Notes: a model not told the origin generated them from the letters alone. A DNA stretch of 64,000 nt from an uncultured Maribellus sp. (GCA_964476535.1 CAYZBC010000001.1:4788-68787); one strand, 5' to 3'. Shown: positions 47,495 to 57,752, numbered from the stretch's first letter. Translations and numbers: made by a program.

Positions 47495-47803
47495 TCAAAA
47501 AGGCAAATTGATATTTTCAGTTTGCCTTTTTAATTGCGTTTGATAAAATAACATACCGGTGACTACAGAAAGAAAAATAAACCCAAGTACCCAAACTACT
47601 TTCTGACCATGGCTTTTTTCTTTTGATTCGAGAATTGACAAAATTCCAATTACAATATAAACAAGACTTATCAGAGCACACTTTTTCAACAGCAATTCAA
47701 AACCATTTAAATCCATAAGTTTCATTAAAACCCCTGTCAATAAAAATAAAAGACTAATGAAAAAGCTGCCTTTAAAGAGTTTGAGTATAATTATTGCCAT
47801 CAC
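47495..47803 (-). CDS. Small three-TM membrane protein (GldL-N/PLDc_N-like)
   Basis: Hydrophobic helices; GVLMKLMDL.G and KVVWVLGFIFL..VTG..FY patterns. Confidence 0.55.
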   Translation of the reverse strand: MMAIIILKLFKGSFFISLLFLLTGVLMKLMDLNGFELLLKKCALISLVYIVIGILSILESKEKSHGQKVVWVLGFIFLSVVTGMLFYQTQLKRQTENINLPF

Positions 47804-47816
47804 TTTCGTTCACATG

Positions 47817-49406
47817 TTAAATTAATTCTCTTTCCTTAACACCTTCGTAATGCTTCGATTCGTTCTTCTCTAACCATTCCAAAAGACATTCCCTTAATTC
47901 TTCTACTTTGTCAGCGTACTCTGACCTATTTGGATTCTTACCAATGAGGTTATTCTTTTCATAGGGATCTGTGCTTAAATCGTACATGGCATTTATAACC
48001 TTTGATTCTTTCGAATACGGAATTAATAGCTTCCAGCCATCTTTTACAATCATAAAATTCGGTGAAACAGGGCCACGATAATCCCACTCTGTAACTACAT
48101 ATTTTCCATGTTCTTTGTCGGTTCCTTCGATTAAACCTCTCAGGCTTTTACCGTCCGATGGGTATTCTTTGATTTTCAGATAATCCAAAATAGAAGGAAA
48201 TAAATCAATCAGTGAAACGTAGCCATCAACTTCAACCTTTTTGTCGATTTCTCCGGGAAAGCGAATCATTAATGGAATGTGTGCCGACTCTTCGTAAAAA
48301 ATATTCTTTTCGCGTAAACCATGTGAACCAAGCATTTCTCCATGGTCGCTGGTAAAAATTACAAGAGTATTATCTGCTAAACCATTTTTGTCGAGTGTTG
48401 CCAAAATTTCGCCTACCCAGTCGTCAATTTCTTTTACCAAACCATAGTAGTTCGAAATCATGTATTTGATTTTATCAGGATCGGAGAATACAGGTAATCC
48501 CATTCTTCCATTTGCAGTTTTGTAGGGAGAATTCTCCATGTCGTCGTTAATACTAACGGGTGGCACCATCTCGTTTGCCGGATACATACTATAATAAGGC
48601 TCAGGTGGAATAAGTGGCGCATGTGGGAAATGAAAAGAACAGGTAATACTAAAAACAGAGTCTTTCAATCGTTCAATTGCCTCGATGGTTTCTTTAGCTT
48701 GAAACGCGGTAAAACTATGTTCTTTGGGCACTAACAATTCTCCATGAAAATTGGGTTGGCTTGCCTTTTTTTGTTCCTCTGTTAAGTCCTCATTCTCTTT
48801 TCCATACAAAATATCCATCGGATCGGGTCGATAAGGCCTTTGCGTAAACTTGTCGTAGTGTTCACCCTTTTTTAGTTCTTGCTTTGGATAATTCTCATTT
48901 ATATAATCAATGTAAACATGATTTTGTCCGCCATGTGCAAAAACAGATTTTCCGTTCTTTGATGTCTGTTTTGGATTTTTATAAATGGCGGTATGAGAAG
49001 TCTGACTGTGCCATTTGCCATAATATTCGCAATGATATCCGTTCTTTGTCAGAATTTCATCAAAAGTTGGCATTGTCATCAATCCTTCTTCTTCGTTATA
49101 ATACCCCTTATCATTTGTTCTCATACCGGTGTTCTCAACGGTATGCCCGGTAAGAATTGAAGAACGTGCCGGACAGCAAACTGCACAAGGTGTATAGGCA
49201 TTTTTAAAATAAGCTCCTTGCTTTGCTAAACGATCGAGGTTTGGGGTTTCCAACACGGTATTTCCGGCCACACTTAAAGCATCGTAACGTTGTTGGTCGG
49301 TAATAATGAATAAGAGATTCTTCTTTCCCTGAGCAACAGCACTTACTGAAAAAGCAATACAGAGTGCCCCTACTAATGCAACATTTAATATCTTTTTTAA
49401 TCGCAT
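47817..49406 (-). CDS. Formylglycine-dependent sulfatase (S1, Cys-type), signal peptide
   Basis: NLLFIITDQQR, CCPARSSILTG, GKWH, SFHFPH.P, FTSDHGEMLG.HG. Confidence 0.93.
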   Translation of the reverse strand: MRLKKILNVALVGALCIAFSVSAVAQGKKNLLFIITDQQRYDALSVAGNTVLETPNLDRLAKQGAYFKNAYTPCAVCCPARSSILTGHTVENTGMRTNDKGYYNEEEGLMTMPTFDEILTKNGYHCEYYGKWHSQTSHTAIYKNPKQTSKNGKSVFAHGGQNHVYIDYINENYPKQELKKGEHYDKFTQRPYRPDPMDILYGKENEDLTEEQKKASQPNFHGELLVPKEHSFTAFQAKETIEAIERLKDSVFSITCSFHFPHAPLIPPEPYYSMYPANEMVPPVSINDDMENSPYKTANGRMGLPVFSDPDKIKYMISNYYGLVKEIDDWVGEILATLDKNGLADNTLVIFTSDHGEMLGSHGLREKNIFYEESAHIPLMIRFPGEIDKKVEVDGYVSLIDLFPSILDYLKIKEYPSDGKSLRGLIEGTDKEHGKYVVTEWDYRGPVSPNFMIVKDGWKLLIPYSKESKVINAMYDLSTDPYEKNNLIGKNPNRSEYADKVEELRECLLEWLEKNESKHYEGVKERELI

Positions 49407-51010
49407 TATTTTTGTTTTTGATTTATCATTTCCTTCTTTCCTGTAGCTGGAGTATTCGTAAGGTATTCTTCGTAAAATATTCGAAGCTTATCAATTTCTT
49501 CTTTGTGATTATCGTTATTAATTTGGTTATTAATTTCCTGCGGGTCATTTTTCATATCGAAAAATATATCACCAAACTCGCGATAGTCCCATGTTTTATG
49601 CACCACTGTGGGATCAAGCATAATTCCCAATTTCGACTCTCTTGTAATTACTGTAGCCTGCGACCAACTCTCAGATACTATATATTCCCGATTCATTGAG
49701 CCATTATTGGTTATAACATCTGCCATAGATTTGCCTTGAATAGGGTATTCTAATTCTGGAACTTCCAAATCTAATACATCAATTAAGGTTGGCAGAACAT
49801 CAGCAAGAGTTACCAACTCTGCAGTGCGTTTTCCCTTTTCTGTTTTCCCCGGAAAACGTAGGATTAAAGGAATATTTAAAATATCTTCATATACGTTTTG
49901 CCCTGCAGCAGCTTTTTCTACCATACCGTGATTCCCAACAAAATCACCATGATCTGATGTATAAATGACTATGGTTTCCTCCGCCATTCCAGCTTCATCT
50001 AAAGCTTTTAGAATTTCACCTACACAATAATCTATCTCAGTAACCAGAGCGTAGTATGCCCCAATATAATCTCTCCAGAGTTGCTCATTTCTAAAAGCTT
50101 TATCCATATTCCAAACTTTGTTTCCACCATTTCGCTGAGATTGCAAAAGAGGAGGCAAATTTTCAGTTGGTTCGTAAAAACTTTCGGGCATTTTAATTCC
50201 ACTTCCCTTTTTTGTACCTTCTCCCCATTCACTAACATTGTACATATCCATGTATTTCGGCAAGGGGTTATACGGTTGATGTGGACGGTAAAATGTTGCC
50301 CAACAAAGAAATGGCTTTTCACTTCCAGACTGCTCCTTTATCATTTTAAGGGTTTCATGCATTGTGTAAGCTTCCATGGTAAATTCTGCAGGCAATTTTG
50401 ATATCCGAGTTCCTAAATCAGCCGTTGGAATTTTTGTTTCGAATTCGGAAGAACCTTTCGGTCCCCGACCAAACTCGGCAGCCCAGTCCCAAGCAAACTC
50501 CTTTGCATAGCCATTTCTTTCAATCCAGCTTATATAATTATCATCATCATCGGGTTTAAATTGATGATCTTTTTTAACATCCCAACCTTCGTCAATTGCA
50601 CTACTAACATGCCTTTTGCCAAAAGTATAAGTATTGTAATTATTTAATTTAAAAATTGTGGCCATTGAGATCGCATCATCCATAACCGAAGTATGACCAG
50701 GATTAGCCAATAAGCCCAGAGTACGTGGCATTAATCCGGTAAGTAAAGCTGACCGCGATGGAGTGCAAACTCCAACATTACAATAGGCTTTATCAAACAC
50801 GAGAGATTCATCAGCAAGTTTATCAAGGTTGGGTGTAATTACATCGGGATGTCCTTCAAAACCCAACACTTTTTTGTTGTGCTGATCGGAAAAAAAGATA
50901 AGTACATTTGGCTTCTTTGGAGGTTCTTCTGATATTTTCTTTTGCGAACAACTACTGGCAAAAGTAAAAATAGCTAGCAATATTATTAGAGTACTTCGTC
51001 CTCGATTCAT
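49406..51010 (-). CDS. Formylglycine-dependent sulfatase (S1, Cys-type), lipoprotein
   Basis: Lipobox SSC; PNVLIFFSDQH, CTPSRSALLTG, FYRPHQP, YTSDHGDFVG.HG. Confidence 0.93.
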   Translation of the reverse strand: MNRGRSTLIILLAIFTFASSCSQKKISEEPPKKPNVLIFFSDQHNKKVLGFEGHPDVITPNLDKLADESLVFDKAYCNVGVCTPSRSALLTGLMPRTLGLLANPGHTSVMDDAISMATIFKLNNYNTYTFGKRHVSSAIDEGWDVKKDHQFKPDDDDNYISWIERNGYAKEFAWDWAAEFGRGPKGSSEFETKIPTADLGTRISKLPAEFTMEAYTMHETLKMIKEQSGSEKPFLCWATFYRPHQPYNPLPKYMDMYNVSEWGEGTKKGSGIKMPESFYEPTENLPPLLQSQRNGGNKVWNMDKAFRNEQLWRDYIGAYYALVTEIDYCVGEILKALDEAGMAEETIVIYTSDHGDFVGNHGMVEKAAAGQNVYEDILNIPLILRFPGKTEKGKRTAELVTLADVLPTLIDVLDLEVPELEYPIQGKSMADVITNNGSMNREYIVSESWSQATVITRESKLGIMLDPTVVHKTWDYREFGDIFFDMKNDPQEINNQINNDNHKEEIDKLRIFYEEYLTNTPATGKKEMINQKQK

Positions 51011-51222
51011 TCAACGTATTTTTAAGAATTATATTAATCAAATATATGAGAACAGATAAATATTCCATTAACAGAAGATTAATGAAATTAATTTTTGACT
51101 GCTCCTAACGAATACTAGAAATGGTCTATTTTAAAAAATACGTTCAACGAGTCATCTTTCAATAATGAAATGAAGAATTTCTCATTTTCATCTTTAATTA
51201 TTTTTTTCTTATGTTAGACAAC

Positions 51223-51268
51223 AATAAAAGGGAACAATCAATATCTTATTGAACTGTTCCCTTTTATT
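51223..51268 (-). terminator. Terminator after the Gfo/Idh/MocA gene
   Basis: 14-bp inverted repeat AATAAAAGGGAACA / TGTTCCCTTTTATT plus a 5-bp inner stem. Confidence 0.8.
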
Positions 51269-51272
51269 TTAT

Positions 51273-52613
51273 TTATATTTTTGGTTCCCAACCCGGTTCA
51301 TATTCACGTTTCCATAATTTCATAGCATCACGGTTGTACATGCGCCCAGTCTTTGTATCAACATCAAATCCATGCCCAATTCGGTAGGCAATATTTGCAT
51401 AATGTGTCATTGCTTGGCTGATTACACCTTCTGAAATTGGTGAATTTACTTCTTCTGTTCCGCGAATGGCGTTAAAGAAATTTTTGGCATGTTGTGTTGA
51501 AGTATCGCCACCGCCGCCAAGTGCATTTCCCGATTCCTGATTGGCTGACTTATAGTCTTTAATCATTTTCCCTGCTCGGTCATAAACACTATACATTCCT
51601 CTGTCAATCCAAACTGTACCTTCAGTGCCAAAAATTATTGTGCCTCGTTCACCTCCGTATGTATTAAAAGCATTACGACTTTTACCATCCCAAGTAATTG
51701 CTTTGCCATTTTCGAATTTGAAAGTGGCTTCCATTGTATCGTACATTTGCCAACCATCATTTCTAAAATGTCGTTTATCCGCTTCCACTACAACTTGTTC
51801 GGGATAATCAACCTGAAGTGCCCAACGAGCCACATCCAATTCATGCGTTGCATTATTGCCCGATTCGGCCGTCCCAAAGTCCCATCCATACCAGTGCCAA
51901 TTGTAATTCCATGTATCATGCATATATTCTTTTCTTGGTGATGGTCCCTGAAAAAGCCCCCAATCTAATCCACTTGGAACAACAGCTTTTTGGGGAACAA
52001 CCACTTTGCCTCGTTTATTTGAATAAAACGCAATAGCCTTATAAGTTTCCCCAATTAAACCATTATGAATTTGTTTGATTACATTAATTGATAAAGGAGC
52101 TGAACGCTGTTGGTTACCCATTTGAATTACTTTACCGTATTTCTTTATCGCAGCAATTAGAATTTCACTTTCATAAAAATTGTGACTACATGGTTTTTCA
52201 AGATAGACATGTTTCCCTGCCTGCATCGACATAATCGCCCCAGGAGTGTGCCAGTGGTCGGGTGTAGCAATAAAAATAGCATCTAAATCTTTGTCTTCAA
52301 GGACTTTTCTAACATCCTTTTCCAGTTTTGATTTATACCCCAATAGCTCTTGAAATTTCTTATCAGCTTTCTCTAGCTGATGATCCATTACGTCGCACAA
52401 ATACAGCAAATTCACATTGCTTTCCTTTTGTTCAATTGGTTCAAGGTATCCGTTAAGTCTTCTTCCCAAGCCAGCTATGGCAACATTTAACCTATCGTTT
52501 GAACCAATGATTTTACGGTAACTTTTAGCCGGCATTCCAGAAGCAACACCACCAATTGTTAGAGCTGCTGAACTTGCTGCAATGTTTTTAATAAACTTTC
52601 TTCTTGATGACAT
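51273..52613 (-). CDS. Tat-exported Gfo/Idh/MocA NAD-dependent oxidoreductase (GH109-like fold)
   Basis: SRRKFIK Tat motif, NDRLNVAIAGLG.R, IATPDHWH, HVYLEKP, GNQQRS, HELDVARW. Confidence 0.9.
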   Translation of the reverse strand: MSSRRKFIKNIAASSAALTIGGVASGMPAKSYRKIIGSNDRLNVAIAGLGRRLNGYLEPIEQKESNVNLLYLCDVMDHQLEKADKKFQELLGYKSKLEKDVRKVLEDKDLDAIFIATPDHWHTPGAIMSMQAGKHVYLEKPCSHNFYESEILIAAIKKYGKVIQMGNQQRSAPLSINVIKQIHNGLIGETYKAIAFYSNKRGKVVVPQKAVVPSGLDWGLFQGPSPRKEYMHDTWNYNWHWYGWDFGTAESGNNATHELDVARWALQVDYPEQVVVEADKRHFRNDGWQMYDTMEATFKFENGKAITWDGKSRNAFNTYGGERGTIIFGTEGTVWIDRGMYSVYDRAGKMIKDYKSANQESGNALGGGGDTSTQHAKNFFNAIRGTEEVNSPISEGVISQAMTHYANIAYRIGHGFDVDTKTGRMYNRDAMKLWKREYEPGWEPKI

Positions 52614-52745
52614 CGATTTTATTTTAATGATTTATTGAATCTGTTTATTTTGATATTAAAAGTAAGAACAACTCTTTAGTTAGTTATCAGTGAATATTCT
52701 TAAAAATATCAATGTGATTTCTGCCAGAGGATTATTTACAATATT

Positions 52746-55700
52746 TTATTTCACCAATACTTTTTTAGCAAATACTTTATTATCCCCTTTTATTCGAACA
52801 ATATATGCACCTGATTTCAAACCACCTACCGGAATGACATAGCGATGTTCTCCTCTATTAAATTGCTTACTTTGAATGCTTTGCGAGACAATCTGTCCGT
52901 TGAGGTTTAATATTGTGATACTTATCGTTGTTGATTTAGGCAAGGTAAAATTCAAAAAGAATTCTGTTTCTGCCGGATTTGGATAGATTTTAAACGATTC
53001 TCTGATAGCAAGGTCATTAATTGATGTCCCTATTTCTCCTGAGAGTTTAATCGCATCGATGCGGGTAGTTACACCACCGGACTTAAACCGGTATAAACGA
53101 AAAAAGTTGATGACTCTTAAATCTGGATTTCCTATTTTACCTGCATCACTGGTATTTAATTCTATATAATTCCAACCCGAGACTAAACCATTCAATGACC
53201 AACTATACTCATCAGTATCGGGCTTGCCAGAACTACTAATTTCAACCTGATTGATACTCTTAAGTAAGGATACATCAGAAACATAATACCAAAATTCTAA
53301 AACGGTTCCACTTTCAGTACCCTTTGCATCGTATGGCGTTTCAAATACTTTTTTATACTCATCGGTACCACTCCCTACAAATTCGATACAATTAACGCCT
53401 TCTTTTTTATCTGTACTATTTAATGATAAGGCTCCCGATGAGTTCCAATCGCTTAAATTATCACAATCATCTAAATACAAACCTAAAAGTTTATAGGTTG
53501 AAGTTACTGATGTATTTTCGGCTGAAATTTTTAATGTTGTATTTGCTAAAAACTTTTCAGCAATTATGGGATTGCCTGTATTTATAATCCATTCTTTAAA
53601 AGTGTAACCATCCGGAGCTTTGTCTGCCGAAATATTTATTGTTGTATTCTCAATATAGTTTCCATCGCCGGAACCTTTATTAATGATCACTTCATATTTT
53701 GTTGCACTTGCATTGAAATCAAGAATTTGAATTTCATCGATTTTTGTTGTTACCGTACCTGATTTATTGTTGTATAGCCTGAACCAGTTGATAGCATTCA
53801 GATCAGGATTACCTTGTTCCGCAGCATCGCTTACCTTAAGGGTAATTAAATTCCATCCGTCGGTTAAGTCCTTCAAACTCCAATTGTATTCATCTTGGTC
53901 ATGTGTTCCGGCACTTCCAATTTCTACCTGATTTGATGCACTCAATTTAGAAGCATCCGAAACATAATACCAAAATTGAAGTACTGCATCATTCACCGAT
54001 ATACCCGAATTATATGAGGTAGAGAATACTTTTTGGAAATCATTTGTACCTCCTCCATTAAATTGAATACAATTTTCGCCTTGCTTATTATCTGTATTAT
54101 TCAGGCTTAGACTACTTGACGATTTCCAAGCTGTTAAAGCATCACAGTCATCTAAAAAATAGGAAGGACTGCCAACATTAATCAAGCTGTTTTTTGTTTT
54201 CTCACCAAAAAAAGCATTTCCTTCTTGTACCATTTTCCATTGAAAACGATAGATATTCTTATCCGTTGGAGCCGTAACATTAAAAGTGAAAGTCTTATTT
54301 TCTCCCGGTTTAATTGTCTCATCATCCTCTAATTCTACACGTTTCATTCCCCAAGTCAAATTATCTTCAGGATCGATACTTCCCAATTTATAACCTTCAG
54401 CTTTTGTCCAGCTGGTGGTACCCGTATTTTTCATTGTAATAACCACAGCCACCGTTTCGCCTGGAGACATTTGAGTAGACAATTCTTGAGAAACAAAACT
54501 TGCTGTATTAGGGTATGGACTAATTGGGATTATTGAAGTTAAACTTATTTCGCCGCGTAACATTTTAGAGGCTTCGCCGGTTAAACGAAGATACCAGTCG
54601 CTTGGTAAATCAGTTCCATCAGCATCCAAAGTTAAAAATGTACCTGTAGTTGGTATCTGACTTTCATTTTCAGTAAGCTTGTAAATGGCAGTTCCTTCAT
54701 CAACTTCGTCAAACATGGCCACATATACCATATTACATCCTGCATCAATCGCATTGTAAAACTGATGCCACAAAAATTCTCCATTATTACGTGGAATAGA
54801 ATTCAGTGAATTTCCATCGCCTTTAAGGTTCAGCCATGAAAAACCGGGAAATACCACTGGTATATATTCCATATCTCTGCTTGAGGTTTCAGTTAAATCA
54901 GCCTGAAAATATGTGTTTCTATAATTATCGGCACTATTGTTATCCCTATATCGCCCAACAGCCCATGGGCTAATAATATCAAACACATCATATACAGCCT
55001 GCCAGTCATTTGAATCATCTTTCCAACCATTACCAACTCCAGCCTTTAATGTCACCTGATATTTCGTTGGGGCATCCTCGGTTAGCCAGGTTACCAGCTC
55101 AAGCCACTTGGCTGCAGAAAGATCATCTCCGCTATTCCCAACATGAACTCCCCATAGAGAAAGTACTGGACGCCCATTGTGATGAATATAATTGGGACTT
55201 TCAGTAATTTTTAGGTCATCAACCAAATGTTTCCAATCATTAATAACATCTTGTACAAAGGTACCAGGTTTTCCACCGGACATATCGTACATATTTGCAA
55301 AAACACGACCATGATTCTCAGTACCTAAACGCACATTATTCAACACCTTGTCACGCTGTTCACGCCTACCAAGAGCTGAACTGATAAAACGCTGTACAAA
55401 TACACCATCAATTCCATAATCTTTCATCCATTTTACATGCCGATCGACAGTTTTAGAAGTATAAGCGCTATAAAGTCCTGCGTTTGTACCATCTTGATAA
55501 ACAAAATTGGTTGGAAAAAGCTCATCTTCATCGTACTCACGTAGGTCTGGCCACATATCAAAAGAAATATTCTCTGGATTAGGCGTGCCTCCCCCTGACC
55601 AATGAATCCAGCCATGTCCACTTCCATCATTAGGCGCACCAAACCAGCCCTGGTATCCCGCCATAATTTTGTTGTTTAGAGTAGTGGCATCAACATCATT

Positions 55701-55772
55701 TTGTGATTGGCTCATTTTAACAAATCCAAATAGTGCAATGAGGATCATTAATGTTATTCTAATTTTATTCAT
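52746..55772 (-). CDS. Multimodular GH99/GH71-like hydrolase: catalytic domain, NBR1-like Ig, two novel CBM-like repeats, InlB-B-like linker, T9SS CTD
   Basis: IMAGYQGWF, HVKWMKDYGIDGVFVQRF, AMFDEVDEGTA, PSDWYL; FV.Q...PGETV.V..TMKNTG..W Ig; duplicated LDDCD...FWYYVSD...NQVEI module; IYPNPA CTD. Confidence 0.85.
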   Translation of the reverse strand: MNKIRITLMILIALFGFVKMSQSQNDVDATTLNNKIMAGYQGWFGAPNDGSGHGWIHWSGGGTPNPENISFDMWPDLREYDEDELFPTNFVYQDGTNAGLYSAYTSKTVDRHVKWMKDYGIDGVFVQRFISSALGRREQRDKVLNNVRLGTENHGRVFANMYDMSGGKPGTFVQDVINDWKHLVDDLKITESPNYIHHNGRPVLSLWGVHVGNSGDDLSAAKWLELVTWLTEDAPTKYQVTLKAGVGNGWKDDSNDWQAVYDVFDIISPWAVGRYRDNNSADNYRNTYFQADLTETSSRDMEYIPVVFPGFSWLNLKGDGNSLNSIPRNNGEFLWHQFYNAIDAGCNMVYVAMFDEVDEGTAIYKLTENESQIPTTGTFLTLDADGTDLPSDWYLRLTGEASKMLRGEISLTSIIPISPYPNTASFVSQELSTQMSPGETVAVVITMKNTGTTSWTKAEGYKLGSIDPEDNLTWGMKRVELEDDETIKPGENKTFTFNVTAPTDKNIYRFQWKMVQEGNAFFGEKTKNSLINVGSPSYFLDDCDALTAWKSSSSLSLNNTDNKQGENCIQFNGGGTNDFQKVFSTSYNSGISVNDAVLQFWYYVSDASKLSASNQVEIGSAGTHDQDEYNWSLKDLTDGWNLITLKVSDAAEQGNPDLNAINWFRLYNNKSGTVTTKIDEIQILDFNASATKYEVIINKGSGDGNYIENTTINISADKAPDGYTFKEWIINTGNPIIAEKFLANTTLKISAENTSVTSTYKLLGLYLDDCDNLSDWNSSGALSLNSTDKKEGVNCIEFVGSGTDEYKKVFETPYDAKGTESGTVLEFWYYVSDVSLLKSINQVEISSSGKPDTDEYSWSLNGLVSGWNYIELNTSDAGKIGNPDLRVINFFRLYRFKSGGVTTRIDAIKLSGEIGTSINDLAIRESFKIYPNPAETEFFLNFTLPKSTTISITILNLNGQIVSQSIQSKQFNRGEHRYVIPVGGLKSGAYIVRIKGDNKVFAKKVLVK

Positions 55773-55969
55773 ACAATTTGACTTTTAAAACATCGCTTTT
55801 AAGTTATTCATTCTTTTCTTCTATATATTTTCAGTTCTCAAAACAATAAATCTGTTTTGAATTGGATCCGGCTGTACTTTCATCTTCACTTTTCCACCCA
55901 ATTTAGGCGCGACCATACGGTTTATTTTTCCCTTTGATTTGCTTTTAACTCGTAATTTTATCCATCCGA

Positions 55970-57568
55970 TTAATCAACATTGTCTTCCCGATAACCGTGA
56001 TACAAATAAAGTGCACCATAGGTCCAGTTAGGCCCTTGCATTCCAGGATAGTTGAACCGGTCCATCATTATGGCTACGTATTTAAATGGGTACCCAACTG
56101 GTAATTCTACGATATTGGGCCAAACCCTTGTTCCCGATGATTCTGTCCAAGGAGGCAAATCCATATTTAGCGTTCCTACTTCCTGAAGATCGGGATAGGT
56201 ATAAATAAATATTTCCCGTTCTTTACTTCCCGAGAAACAGTAATGAACACCACTTATTTTATGAATAGATGTACCCGTTGAATTATGCTCAACCGGACCT
56301 GCAATTTGTCTATAGTCTTTATTCCAAGATTCAGACTCTAACATAATTGCTTTGTATCCTCCTTGATTTATGCAGGTTAGCATCCTCCACTTTTTGGCTT
56401 CAGAATCGTATATAATATGCGGATCTTCAATATCTCCAACCATACCAAAAGGAACAGCTTTCATTACCGAGAACCCAAATCGAGGATCGTTTACGCTCTC
56501 AACAGCAAGCAGTTGTTTCTTTTCTTTTTCAGGAAATGCATAGGCACTAAATCCGGTCGTTAATCCATGCCATATTTTCTCATTTCTATCGTAAAAAATA
56601 TGCGATGCAATCTCGTTTCTAAGTAGGCCATCGTTACGATCAAACAGAATCACTCCTTCAAATTTGATGTCAAACACAGTAGGATTCATGCTGAATACAC
56701 CTTGAATGTGGTGAGGCAAAGCACGGCCCCGAATTGACATTGTGTACCACAATCGTCCTTGGTCAAGCATTGTATCTCCATTTTCATAAGTAATTGGTCG
56801 AATATCAGCTAAACCCACGCCTGTTGTCAATGCCATTTCCACCTTGTTTACCCTCACTGCCCCTTGCTTAAGTTTTACAAACAGGCTTGATTGAAACGAA
56901 TTGATATAACTCTTCTTGCGTAAATCAATGTACTTATTGAAATCACTCTGACCAATTACTTTTGGCAAACCATTATCCAGAGAATACAAAACAAGTCCAC
57001 TTCCCAACATCTGAAGAATAATTTTACCCTCAAGCTTTTCTTCTTTAGTAAGGTTTACAGAAATCAACTCATCTGCTATTACCTTTACATTTTCAACTAC
57101 ACTAATTTTCACTTCAGTTAAAATTGTGTTTTTGAATTCTATTTTAATGAAGAATTGTTGCTGCTTATCGGCACTTGAAAATTCAAATCCAATTTCTCCC
57201 TCTCCTGAAGTTGATGCAAGATCAATTGTATAAGTAGCAAAAGGATTAAAGCCACCAAACCATATTCCGGTTTGAGTTTCATTATCGGATTGAATAAACA
57301 ACTTGTCATCTTTTATCTGAACGTTGGCAATCGCCTTATTGTAATTAGTGATAGGATACATAGCTTCTAAACCAATTATTTTATTGGCTTGAAGTTTTGC
57401 CAAAGGAATAGATTGATCTTCGTCAAAAATCATTCGCTGCGCGCCTTGTCTTACAAATTTCAGCTCGTCCGGGTTTAAATCTTGAGCTTTAATTGCTGCG
57501 GGATTGAAGAGTAAAGCAAGCATCAGAAATACCGATATTCGTTTAATTATTTCGTTTAGAACTTTCAT
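55970..57568 (-). CDS. Secreted protein, probable five-bladed beta-propeller glycoside hydrolase of unassigned family
   Basis: Signal peptide; C-terminal half with ADIRP, DIEDPHIIYD..KKWRML and WPN blade-like motifs. Confidence 0.5.
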   Translation of the reverse strand: MKVLNEIIKRISVFLMLALLFNPAAIKAQDLNPDELKFVRQGAQRMIFDEDQSIPLAKLQANKIIGLEAMYPITNYNKAIANVQIKDDKLFIQSDNETQTGIWFGGFNPFATYTIDLASTSGEGEIGFEFSSADKQQQFFIKIEFKNTILTEVKISVVENVKVIADELISVNLTKEEKLEGKIILQMLGSGLVLYSLDNGLPKVIGQSDFNKYIDLRKKSYINSFQSSLFVKLKQGAVRVNKVEMALTTGVGLADIRPITYENGDTMLDQGRLWYTMSIRGRALPHHIQGVFSMNPTVFDIKFEGVILFDRNDGLLRNEIASHIFYDRNEKIWHGLTTGFSAYAFPEKEKKQLLAVESVNDPRFGFSVMKAVPFGMVGDIEDPHIIYDSEAKKWRMLTCINQGGYKAIMLESESWNKDYRQIAGPVEHNSTGTSIHKISGVHYCFSGSKEREIFIYTYPDLQEVGTLNMDLPPWTESSGTRVWPNIVELPVGYPFKYVAIMMDRFNYPGMQGPNWTYGALYLYHGYREDNVD

Positions 57569-57752
57569 ACATTATTGAATTATCTATTTACATGTTTATA
57601 ACAACTTTCCCACAAACTCATCGGCTTTTGCTCGGTCTTTTAATGCCTAGGTCTTTATTTCAATACGATCATCTATTTGGTTATACCACTTTCATTCGTA
57701 GCTTTTAGCATGCAGCGTTTCCTTTGTATTCCTAGTAAAGAGTGTTGTGTTC

